From Candidatus Coprovivens sp. (lineage in GTDB: Bacteria > Bacillota_I > Bacilli_A > RF39 > UBA660), in contig JAZOOK010000082.1 in the NCBI GenBank assembly GCA_045654965.1, positions 1 through 61,477 on the forward strand: DNA of 61,477 nucleotides, given 5' to 3'. The translations under genes and the position numbers were made by a program. The notes under the pieces are model-generated. The model ran no database searches, was not told the origin of the DNA, and was given only the letters and a program-made list of their open reading frames with translations. Of this stretch, positions 50,601 through 56,962 are shown in pieces. Numbering within the stretch: position 1 is the first letter of the stretch; each line of letters starts with the position of its first letter.

Positions 50601-53600
50601 TGATATTAGAGCTAAAGAATTCCAAGGAGAACAAAGAGTTAGAGAATTTAAAAAGTTTATAGCTACTACAATAGCTGAAGCTAAATCCAAAGGACTATCT
50701 GTAAATTGGGATAACTTAGTAGATAAATATGGTAAATGGATTACTGAATATAATGATAAATTTAGTGAAGATTTAGAAAATTTAGAAAACGCTAAAGATA
50801 ACGCTTATGCAGAATACAAAACAATAGAAGATGATTATGATAAATCGGTAGCTTTTGAAAAATATCTAAAAGCTAAACTTGCTTATGATGAATTTTTATT
50901 AAAACATACTAATAGAGAAATAGAAGATGAATATTATAAGCAAATGCTTGATATTGAAAAAAGCATGATTAATACAGATACTGGTAAATTTGCAGATATA
51001 TATGTTGAATATAAAATGTTAAATGACCAATTAAGAGATGTATTAAGTCATAAAGGAACTGGAGCATTAGATCCTCATTTTGAACAAAAGAAAAATGAAA
51101 TACTTAATGCTATTAAAAATTTACGTTCTGATGCTTATAAAGATGCTACAGGTAATTGGATATCAAAAAGAGATTTAGAAGAATATGAATTTTCTAATGA
51201 TGCTAAAATTAAAAGAAATCAAAATTTAAATACTCTTTCTTCTGCTAATCGTTTAACTACTTTTATTAATAAAAGAAATGAATTAAATGATAAATATTAT
51301 GAAAGAACTGAAAGATTTGGTTTTAAAGAACAACTTCAAAAATATTTAGATGTAATACAAAAATATGAACGTAGAAATTTAACTGAAGATGATTTAGCTG
51401 AAATTCCAGAATATGTAACTGCTAAAACTTGGGTAAAAGAAAATGCTTTTTATCAATATGACTTATATAAAGCAACAGGTACTACTCTTACAAAAAGAGA
51501 TGTTGAAAAATATCTTGAAGAATATTTTGATGGATTGTTTGATCCAAATGTAGATGATTTACAAATTAGAGTAAAAGCTGCTTTAGAATATTTTAAAAAT
51601 ACAAGAGGAGAACGTCATAATAAAAAAGCTGTATATAAACGAATTGCTCTTAAAGAAGATGCTAGAGATGAATTAGGTATTATAGATGCTCGTAAATTTG
51701 ATGAAGATGAAATAGCTGCTATAAAAGCTGAACAAGAAATTAAATTTAATATAGGAGAATCTGTAGCATATTCAGAAAGAAATATAATTCATAGTTCAAG
51801 TTCAGATAATACTATTTATACTTCTACTTTTTATGAAGGAATGAAAATTCATGGACTTACTAATCCTGAATATTTAAAAATAATTAATGGTTATAGTTAT
51901 GAAGAAAATGGTAGTATATACTTTGTTGATGGAATAAATACTATTCTTCGTAGATGCATCAACCCTTCTACGGGGGTGCTAGAAACTTCAAAACTTAACA
52001 TTGATGAAATTGAATATGTATTAGGACTTTTAGAAAAACTTGGATATGATAGACATGAACAAACTTTTACTACACAAGGTGGAGTTCGTAAATATAAAGG
52101 TGTAAGACGTAAAAATGTAAAAAAAGTAAATGAATTTATAAAAAAGAATGTAGAATTTGTTTTAACTGAAGAAGATAAAAGAAAATTTGATGCAGAAAAA
52201 GCTAAAGCTAGAACTATAAGTGATTCTTATTATTTATCTTGGTGTGAACTGAATCAAGAATGGAGTGAAGAAAGACAAGAATTTATTCCTAATCATTTAT
52301 TTTGGGGACATGCGCAACCTAAAACTTCTTTACCTAAAGAAGAAAGAGATAAATTTATTTCTAAACAAAAAACTGCTGCAATAAACATACTTAAAGAAGT
52401 ATTTACAGAAGTTCCTACTAAATATTATGAATTAGAACGAACTCGTATAGCAAATACTTATGGTACAAATAGTCCTGAATATGAAAAATGGATGTTAGAT
52501 AATCATGTTTATAATCCTAATACTCATAGATTAGAACCTCTTACTTGTTGGACTAAATCTGAGCCTAACTCTAATATGCCTGGAACTTGGGAACCTACTT
52601 ATCAAATGTCAGATAAATCAGTAAAAGAAGAATTTAGAAATCCAAATTATAAAAAAGGTCTAGGACTTGAAGCTAATTATAAAACTAATTCAAATAGTCT
52701 GTATAATAACAATGTAAAACTTAATGAATATGAGAAAAAAGTTAAAGATTATGTTCAAAATTTATTAGCAGCTTTAGCTACTACAAAAAAAGCTAAACAA
52801 TATATAGAAAAAGGTTATTTACCATCAAAAGCTGTAAAAGAAGATAAAAAATTCTCACAAATTTGGTTAAAAGAGTTAGCTAAAGGTTTTGGTTATGTTG
52901 AAGGTAATAGTGGTTATGAAAGATGGGATAATGATATATCTTATGATAATGATTATGTTCCAGATATGCCTATGTTATCTCAATTAATAACAAAAGATAC
53001 TCATAAAAAACCTTATAGAGAAATGTATAAAACTGATGAAGAATATAAAAAGGCTTTAGAAGATTATGAAACAAATAAAGAAAAATACGAAAAAGAAAAT
53101 GCTAAAATTCATAGTGATATTTTAGACCGTAATTGGGAAGAAGTAATATCAGAATTTATAATTAAAGCAGCTCATTATAATGCAGTTCAAGATAATAAAC
53201 TTCAATTATATTTTGGACAAAAACTTCTTAATGATATTTTAATTTATCAAAATAAAAATTATACATCATCTCAATTAGCTAAAGATAGAACACTATCAAA
53301 TGAAGAAACTACTATTTATAAAAAGAAAAAAGATGAAAATCTTCAAAAACAATATGCTAATTGGTGTCGTAGAGTTATATTTGATCAATTTAAAGAAAAT
53401 CAAGGTAGAAAAACTAGACTTATGACTATTTTACAAGGCATAACTTCTACTAATTATATGACTTTAAATATAAGAGGAGGTATAGCTAACGTATTAATTG
53501 GAGAAAGTAATATATTTGGTGAAGTTTTTGCTAAAGAATATTTTGGAGCTAAAGATTGGGCAATAGGTAAACAAATATGGATTAGCAATATTGCTAGTTT

Positions 53601-55107
53601 TATGGCTAATATGTATGACGATACTTCTACTAGTTTAGGTGATGCTATAGTAAAAGCCATGTCTATATTGGATTATGATGGAATTACAGGTCGTGCACCC
53701 CAAGCAGGTCTTGAAGAATGGTCAAAAAGACTAAGAGATGTTGCTTTTTCTCCACAAACTGTTACAGAACATTTTATGCAAAATGCAGCAATGTTTAGTA
53801 TGATGAATAGTCATAGAGTTGTAACTAATCCTAATTATGGTAAACCTGGACAACCAGAATATATTTTTATGAATAAAGAAGAATATATGTCAGAAAGTAT
53901 GAAATTAGCTTTATATGAAATAATGTCCGAAGAAGAAAAACAACAATTTGAATCTCATATTAAAGATATAAAAGAAGATCCAAATAAAGCAAAAGATTAC
54001 GCTAGATTTCATAAAAATGCTATTAGTACATTTGTAGTAACAAAACTTTCTAAAGAAAAACAAAATCTTTATTCTGAAACTGTAAAAAAATATAGAAAAG
54101 AAAAAGCTAAAGACTTTGAAAATCATCCTACTTTATATAGTCAATTTAAATTAGGTTCTGATGGTAAATTAGATTTTGCAGATAATTCTATATTAGCTAA
54201 TATTAATGTTTTAAAAGATAATCAAGAAGTTAGTGATGCTTATAAACTATTAGGTAAATTTAAAGAGCGTGTAATATCTGTAAACAAAAAGATTCACGGT
54301 AATTATGGTAAACTTGATGCTGCTAGTATAGAGTCTCAATGGTGGGGAAGTATCGTAATGCAATATCATAAACATATTTATCCTGGAATTATGAAACGTT
54401 ATCGTCGTCATGGATATTTCAATGAAGAAAGAGGTACTATAGAAAAAGGTTCTTATGTTGCATTATATGATTTTCTTACTACTCCTATTAAACAAATAGC
54501 TGAAAGAAATAATTTATCTGAAGGACAAACAGAAACTTTAGTTGGTATTCAAAATCTATTTGGAATGATAACTGATTATTTTCATTATGTAAAACTTAAT
54601 TATAATACCATGCCTGAATATGAAAAAGCTAATATGCGAAGAGTTCTAGGAGATGTAGCTGGTATGTTAACAGCAGTAATGATGTCTATGTTATTAAGAT
54701 TAGGTTTTGACGATGATGATGAAAGTGTTGTTTATAATTTAGGTTTATATGAAGCTGATAGACTTGCTACAGAAGCCTTTATGTGGAATCCAGTAGGACT
54801 TTATGCTGAAGCTAAAAAACTTTGGTCTAGTCCGGTTGCAGCTCAAAGTATAATTGGTGATGGTTTAAATATCATGGGTACTATTAGTGGAATGATTTTT
54901 GAAGGAGAAGATTATAATCCTTATTTTACTAGTGGTAGATATGCAGGAGAACATAAATTAGGAGTATATGTAGAAAGACGTATTCCTTATTGGAGAAATT
55001 ATGTAGCTTTAAGAGATATAGCAGAAAGTAATCATTATTATAAAATGGGAGATAACATACTCACTGTACTTCCTGTTAAAGAATGGGCTAAATCTATTAA
55101 AGATTAA
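41650..55107 (+). CDS. giant virion-packaged RNA polymerase-like protein (4485 aa)
   Basis: Uninterrupted 13.5-kb ORF at the end of the virion block. It contains 'GSDFDIDS' (a DxDxD metal-binding motif of two-barrel RNAPs), as in crAss-like virion RNAPs. Confidence 0.7.
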   Translation: MSKNCILTVNDSEVFKALKKRFGTNETEAFAKWVAVVENGEFTPAFQEWQKAKRKTEEIVTLDTANTRTIVNDIIAYYNTLYPDGNTTILHKKNNKSVKYNSTADRSFCQKIVAVEILDIFRNEHYTKNNAKSFTKQDYINEVRSRFFKRLLNRFNITNADIKPYISKNVNRFTNLVKFYIEQGVDKQSAMNLAMSVEAVNFVREKLGKNINIQDTNFLAVIEEMHDFNINENGVKIANAFFEEIFYNKKLEEIRRENKDEFNTAEEDKAQENENVNLGESTTESDDITNDEFDMSFRVFDSHDGQYATFTTHIGGNIRSYLNCLRKLKGTGLVNGQRYYDTDNAIGIAEAMDATTCAKVLYTQADFTNVSSMITSIRRIAETVSGFEGFIQFAEDLENNYDFAYEVYTTFGKMVISKTETYIENGERKVRISNTTADPVSALRFEYINQFRTSVTNDIHDFVANEVNQLTTELKKIKDAVAKGKIYDAKTKKLKNYNRETNYKEDKAKLVASLVKSFKRYLPSIEQSAILSYINNTKINGTIDELDNINVLINHLSNLVQGAKSSYAVYSSRLIEASSINRENNLLRQRQIEGEFISASKFKDPNSVWSESYITNNATSAVIQLANILVPYSVIKTELNSRNAKGNLSSDVINSNMITNFMTMLEHRLNYTNEENTPLKNYGAYKFRSKQYDLSNILVEKEKNGVIINYGLFKLENGKYIPTNYATDLIKMTLFNGISDFGNGKSAVYSEMSKGDYVTTAMINFWKSNHISNNSNIEFADYFMRIPSDAPKNFVMSAPKYSLTYKHGGKIINFWKIDNESQMNSRIRDLINNIPHNTDYEESLLDSQNISIKQATRILTGRTLDNINISNKKALYKNSNSLIGYLNVAVDGVNFIIKGTLNDNKTALTNVTLHGVIDNFGNAVAYGSELHAGLTDYYKRQLISGKIKLSDGSTVKRSINKEHPIFQQFYAVFKQEMQNAATAIDKLFDHNQGIIKRDEKGNVIYSEQLSQLDNPDRATYTNYHHKNSVYYDKNGVKHEEKGIIQNVWKPVYDENGKVKYHEKTNWTRLSGNVFTSDRFTLFDKENNVKHNFLNDILSEERAETEDGMIHILYGGANTHLHINSNGEIEFTEAQQKLIESKIEEFIKAYIEDTIERVNPYKVFLEGVPHNENDIAEFILNYRLAYINCNDLFEGDTKFYKSTQDFLKRAKEVQGSGVPYGIVDFTKPMFGQVHQPVEHSYLNSAEMQAIVGKLNNCKQFTTFRGATVINTVRTSKESQEILVKQLTDNFKKESITEEEAENKAKAIMKGYRNTKVNDAQSYITFEEWIRRISARGQLHKYKPLIEAILDETKPLNVEDINEFIQVQKNFYYDQVYDTRTGVMAPRQIKNAEFVLVPRLIKGTELETIYNTMIRHGIDQLNTEETSKAGKTNVLTLWDKDGNLKKEWLDDFNINIQGAIETYDYNYLYTQQETPQHINSENKAGVQIMKKILDNIDENNELYAAKQKIIENYSYNIYESSQKLMEELNISFDDNGNIKTDEYGKINGLNYDVFLSKLKDEMARLGLDSNMFDFVTRIDSSIETASGQNGIGLQTKMPPFLNSNRKKLESISNAIFNNTITRQKLPGFHAAQVTQIGFKPLNETVEKHSYSRELKYHPNGEKHIEVMLPASAFGLDRNASMFNELRDLYRSQGLTIDEIESKIDNAMLDYIKTKGLDTFIGYRIPTESKASICVMKVVGFVSEAYGSTIIVPDDWVAQTGSDFDIDSIYGITYSINKLKNGGIEKTPYTGDLAKDGKKGRNNAILDAMIEILQHDNSLEENLSQSQFKDIIDAREEIVPKNVALARDSRSTYDFLDQADYFEDAISGAKLKAFSVTLDNQCSLCNTVKPVFSKPISIIYEGDDAKFKELQKRFNINDKENVIKLSNNKILVHHTTLGYSTDNKNVEGKIITGYSAQTTAHHLDAIKEGSIPNVNDTTFAVYKLFPNIGSNYETAIAFMMQPGITAIVNNNNKNKSIYAKGYKNPINEAILDIAKALKLADNNTTYKKAEAILEKELIKYGLKDHNVLNSEILKQRLNVNETENSLSVKDLLFDYLVIKQYKELSNIATKLGNIARVTNPDKFGAKQTIFATNKVFEDIKEILLDSNPVFALYDGKSFLDRIYPGIETIIYDSIDNYLNNNDNNSAYPSLHYFLKYASAASIKINRNLFITQRPLFRTKVNLIKKVISGANPRISEDTYNLFESYILNSLYKEVKIISEPVTYIKGKGITSVEGNSQTEINRIFGYGYKADLQITDDSGNESFFEPKDINNLTQKEIDLFTKFTPAQKVYWIKQHFRDGLICNYIKSNTFNSNTYRKSIAGAQTIEFAEDNINIESVYDLFKNTYMNTNPLLALTAMDIIKYAFIVEGYRMKKGAVNKIIDNDILINPKGLEGTGIVDALNDIVNMYANDPSIESTEKLTENFVRSHSNISEIANTWINKENRAKYFKNINNGIETIFINDDTEQFLNSNNLGYTIEVENFDDDGASLGITKEFIANPYIKITYSSKSNTLYKIIRSKVSNVLYLLPLNLLQENETGMWSANNDNNKYMPIEWYEDIISTYEQSHETWEVKSLLGHINADTKTVKDYNKPENRTISKNTETTPFNRVKEKDSIDTLHDIISNHFNGTTSDMLILKNRLLENHIKNKGIENGLLETVNGNIYCIYKLNTSHLYKYTTEKGLNKTIEEKDKIFEKQIEKARNLGIDTGHKGQAHVNNLFAVVPYVHRTTPLSEEELASSVTEDIIKIDKAIKKEAYYEGTKESEKYVTQQKNKSVKDNLNDVVISTSEYLKVKVDNILNGDHGLNMFARDPETGSYLSITDPKVIELIKADPSLRRKYIKTILMANHLIDKFSSFNTFKYTEDNAHLKYYVEEINKTIKKLSESNILKEAEELYVTGYLASISNNPVIKDNIISLLDGFHSTSYLTSYIHDLQETANPIIQIITSDVMSDIRAKEFQGEQRVREFKKFIATTIAEAKSKGLSVNWDNLVDKYGKWITEYNDKFSEDLENLENAKDNAYAEYKTIEDDYDKSVAFEKYLKAKLAYDEFLLKHTNREIEDEYYKQMLDIEKSMINTDTGKFADIYVEYKMLNDQLRDVLSHKGTGALDPHFEQKKNEILNAIKNLRSDAYKDATGNWISKRDLEEYEFSNDAKIKRNQNLNTLSSANRLTTFINKRNELNDKYYERTERFGFKEQLQKYLDVIQKYERRNLTEDDLAEIPEYVTAKTWVKENAFYQYDLYKATGTTLTKRDVEKYLEEYFDGLFDPNVDDLQIRVKAALEYFKNTRGERHNKKAVYKRIALKEDARDELGIIDARKFDEDEIAAIKAEQEIKFNIGESVAYSERNIIHSSSSDNTIYTSTFYEGMKIHGLTNPEYLKIINGYSYEENGSIYFVDGINTILRRCINPSTGVLETSKLNIDEIEYVLGLLEKLGYDRHEQTFTTQGGVRKYKGVRRKNVKKVNEFIKKNVEFVLTEEDKRKFDAEKAKARTISDSYYLSWCELNQEWSEERQEFIPNHLFWGHAQPKTSLPKEERDKFISKQKTAAINILKEVFTEVPTKYYELERTRIANTYGTNSPEYEKWMLDNHVYNPNTHRLEPLTCWTKSEPNSNMPGTWEPTYQMSDKSVKEEFRNPNYKKGLGLEANYKTNSNSLYNNNVKLNEYEKKVKDYVQNLLAALATTKKAKQYIEKGYLPSKAVKEDKKFSQIWLKELAKGFGYVEGNSGYERWDNDISYDNDYVPDMPMLSQLITKDTHKKPYREMYKTDEEYKKALEDYETNKEKYEKENAKIHSDILDRNWEEVISEFIIKAAHYNAVQDNKLQLYFGQKLLNDILIYQNKNYTSSQLAKDRTLSNEETTIYKKKKDENLQKQYANWCRRVIFDQFKENQGRKTRLMTILQGITSTNYMTLNIRGGIANVLIGESNIFGEVFAKEYFGAKDWAIGKQIWISNIASFMANMYDDTSTSLGDAIVKAMSILDYDGITGRAPQAGLEEWSKRLRDVAFSPQTVTEHFMQNAAMFSMMNSHRVVTNPNYGKPGQPEYIFMNKEEYMSESMKLALYEIMSEEEKQQFESHIKDIKEDPNKAKDYARFHKNAISTFVVTKLSKEKQNLYSETVKKYRKEKAKDFENHPTLYSQFKLGSDGKLDFADNSILANINVLKDNQEVSDAYKLLGKFKERVISVNKKIHGNYGKLDAASIESQWWGSIVMQYHKHIYPGIMKRYRRHGYFNEERGTIEKGSYVALYDFLTTPIKQIAERNNLSEGQTETLVGIQNLFGMITDYFHYVKLNYNTMPEYEKANMRRVLGDVAGMLTAVMMSMLLRLGFDDDDESVVYNLGLYEADRLATEAFMWNPVGLYAEAKKLWSSPVAAQSIIGDGLNIMGTISGMIFEGEDYNPYFTSGRYAGEHKLGVYVERRIPYWRNYVALRDIAESNHYYKMGDNILTVLPVKEWAKSIKD
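44981..44996 (+). repeat. GC-rich motif copy 9 (TCCTCTACGGGGGAGC)
   Basis: It lies inside the 4485-aa gene and is read as ILYGGA. Confidence 0.85.
46927..46941 (+). other. DFDID (DxDxD) catalytic-loop motif, aa 1760-1764
   Basis: The codons gac ttt gac att gat are in frame with the 41650 start. Confidence 0.65.
51963..51979 (+). repeat. GC-rich motif copy 10 (CCCTTCTACGGGGGTGC)
   Basis: It lies inside the 4485-aa gene and is read as NPSTGV. Confidence 0.9.
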
Positions 55108-55129
55108 CTACCTCCCCCGTAGAAGGGTT
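55107..55129 (-). repeat. GC-rich motif copy 11, reverse orientation, identical over 23 nt to copy 1
   Basis: The + strand reads ACTACCTCCCCCGTAGAAGGGTT, the exact reverse complement of 729-751. It begins at the last base of the stop codon of the 4485-aa gene. Confidence 0.95.
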
Positions 55130-55152
55130 GTATAACTCTATAACCCTTCTAC
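55119..55152 (+). terminator. 11-bp perfect hairpin (GTAGAAGGGTT / AACCCTTCTAC, 12-nt loop) after the 4485-aa gene
   Basis: Both arms derive from the dispersed motif: one inverted full copy and one forward half copy. TATTTATAATAA follows. Confidence 0.5.
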
Positions 55153-55193
55153 TATTTATAATAAACTTAATATTAATATTAATAATAAAACTT

Positions 55194-55976
55194 ATGCCAA
55201 AACATTCATTAAAAGATGCCGGTACTATAGAAGTACGAAATGGTAAAAAATATTACAAAGGTTATCGATTAGATGAAAATAATTCATTTAAAGATAATAG
55301 AGGTTACACTAAAAAACTTGTATGGAGTGGTATTCCTTATAGAAATGACTATTATAGTCCTGCTGTACAAGATGTAGATAAAAAAGGAAAACCTAATAAA
55401 CACGGTTATATAGGTGGAGGAACACAAGAAGTTAGAGATAAATATTGGGAACAAAATCCTATTATTAAACATGCCACTGATAGTATAGCAGATGCTTATG
55501 GAATTAGCGGAGAACTACTAAGATATAGATTAGATCAAGAAGGTTTTACAGACCAGTCTATTCATAGAAATAACGGAACAATTCCTGAAGATCCTACATT
55601 TAGATATACTCCTGAAGATACTCATAGTTATGATTATTTAGAAACACTAGGTTATGATGGAATTGGATTTAAAGAATTTGGTTTAGATGATGGGGCTGAT
55701 TATATAAATAGCGGTTTTGTTAAACATATGGGAGAACAGTGGGGTACATCTATTAATGAAAATGAACAAGGTAGACTTGTTAATACTAGTGATGGAGAAA
55801 CAATGGTAGATAATATAGGTTTAACCGCAGCTCATTTAAAAGCTTTTAGAGATAAAGCAGCTAAAGATTTTCCAGGTGCTAGTAGAATATTTTTAGATGA
55901 AGCTGTAAATACTTATTATAAATACGGCCCTTATGGTGGAAAAAATATAATGAAAAGAAAATATAAAAAGAAATAA
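55194..55976 (+). CDS. hypothetical protein (about 260 aa)
   Basis: I prefer the ATG at 55194. The TTG start at 55128 in the track would read through the hairpin at 55119-55152, and its I/L-rich N-terminus may be an artefact of AT-rich sequence. Confidence 0.5.
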   Translation: MPKHSLKDAGTIEVRNGKKYYKGYRLDENNSFKDNRGYTKKLVWSGIPYRNDYYSPAVQDVDKKGKPNKHGYIGGGTQEVRDKYWEQNPIIKHATDSIADAYGISGELLRYRLDQEGFTDQSIHRNNGTIPEDPTFRYTPEDTHSYDYLETLGYDGIGFKEFGLDDGADYINSGFVKHMGEQWGTSINENEQGRLVNTSDGETMVDNIGLTAAHLKAFRDKAAKDFPGASRIFLDEAVNTYYKYGPYGGKNIMKRKYKKK

Positions 55977-55978
55977 TT

Positions 55979-56737
55979 ATGGCTAAAAAACATAGAAGTC
56001 TTAAAGATATAATAATCGATTATGCAATAAATAACATGATTGAAGATATTCCTATAGATACTGTTAGAAAACGGTTATATGATAGAGTAATTCCTGTATC
56101 TTATGAAAATGCTTATTTTAGATTTAAAAATGCTATAAATAAAAAATCTCCAGTATATAATGCTGATAGAAATTTTCTAGCTTATATTAAGAGAGATGAT
56201 ATTTGGGCTAATTATTTACAAATACCTGAATCTGAAAGACGTAATGAGTATAATTCGTTAACATATAAAGTAATAAATTCACAATATAGTCCAACAATAG
56301 GTAGTAAAGGCGATTATAAAACTCTAACAAATATAAACGATTTTTATCCTCATATAATACATGAAGCTAAAAATAAATCAGTAAGAGGAATAACTAAAGA
56401 CGGAGTTAATGTAGGAGAACATGGTCCTTTAAATTTTGGACAAAGTAAAGTAAGTAAAGTTTTAGGTGATTTTTTTGGTCCACATTTAATAAGTAGAGGA
56501 TTAGACCCTAAAAGAGGAGAATATATATCTTTTTATGATAAATGGGATTTATCTCCAATAGGAAACTCTAATGCTTCAGATGAAAGTAGTGGTATAGGTA
56601 AACCTATAGAATTTTATGATAGAGTTTATTTAGATGATTACTATGGTATTCCTAAAAAATATAGAAAAAATTTAGAAAATGCATATTATGCAGGATATTT
56701 ACCAGAAGTAGATATAATAGGTGTAAGAAAAAAATAA
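55979..56737 (+). CDS. hypothetical protein (252 aa)
   Basis: Last + strand gene, 2 nt after the previous stop, followed by a 15-bp-stem hairpin. Confidence 0.55.
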   Translation: MAKKHRSLKDIIIDYAINNMIEDIPIDTVRKRLYDRVIPVSYENAYFRFKNAINKKSPVYNADRNFLAYIKRDDIWANYLQIPESERRNEYNSLTYKVINSQYSPTIGSKGDYKTLTNINDFYPHIIHEAKNKSVRGITKDGVNVGEHGPLNFGQSKVSKVLGDFFGPHLISRGLDPKRGEYISFYDKWDLSPIGNSNASDESSGIGKPIEFYDRVYLDDYYGIPKKYRKNLENAYYAGYLPEVDIIGVRKK

Positions 56738-56746
56738 TATTAAAAT

Positions 56747-56782
56747 AATCCTATTATTAGTTCAAATACTAGTAATAGGATT
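56747..56782. terminator. 15-bp stem hairpin (one mismatch) at the convergent-module boundary, possibly bidirectional
   Basis: The stem AATCCTATTATTAGT / ACTAGTAATAGGATT has a 6-nt loop. It lies 10 nt after the last + strand stop, with A/T runs on both sides. Confidence 0.55.
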
Positions 56783-56817
56783 ATTCTTATGTGTACCGTA
56801 TGTGTTCCTAAAATAAT

Positions 56818-56857
56818 AAAAAAAAGAGTAAATGAACTATTAAAGTCCACTTACTCT
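56818..56857 (-). terminator. rho-independent terminator for the minus-strand module
   Basis: On the minus strand the stem AGAGTAAGTG / CATTTACTCT (10 bp, one mismatch) is followed by a T7-8 run. It lies about 105 nt downstream of the stop of 56963-57748. Confidence 0.6.
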
Positions 56858-56962
56858 ATTTAAAATAAATTTATTCGATTTGACAGGGTATAATCAAAAA
56901 TGGATAAATTGTTAACCTAATATATTAAAAGCTAACACGAGCCACCTATTACAGCCATATTG

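Noticed and set aside
3813-51979. Reading the motif as a sortase-like xPxTG sorting signal (IPSTGE, NPSTGE, NPSTGV).
   Set aside because: The same nucleotides are used in two other frames and in intergenic DNA. The peptides are internal rather than C-terminal and lack a following hydrophobic or basic tail. The likely Gram-negative Bacteroidetes-type host would not use LPXTG sortases.
4502-54126. About 30 short ORFs (61-164 aa) antisense to, or out of frame within, the long + strand genes. Examples are 4502-4765(-), 10993-11322(-), 12807-13301(-), 18832-19134(+), 29704-29892(-), 45196-45423(-) and 53911-54126(-).
   Set aside because: All are fully embedded in much longer ORFs with sensible protein composition. 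Their translations are I/F/K/L/S-rich low-complexity strings expected from reading AT-rich coding DNA in the wrong frame, and none has its own intergenic context.
731-55127. The motif as an N4-style hairpin promoter for the virion RNA polymerase.
   Set aside because: The copies lie within or after late structural genes rather than upstream of early genes, and three face against the direction of all local genes. This cannot be excluded without transcript mapping, but it is not the most economical reading.
729-55152. The motif copies as a CRISPR array or a tandem or regularly spaced repeat.
   Set aside because: Spacing is irregular, from about 0.9 kb to over 10 kb. The copies occur in both orientations and mostly inside long ORFs.
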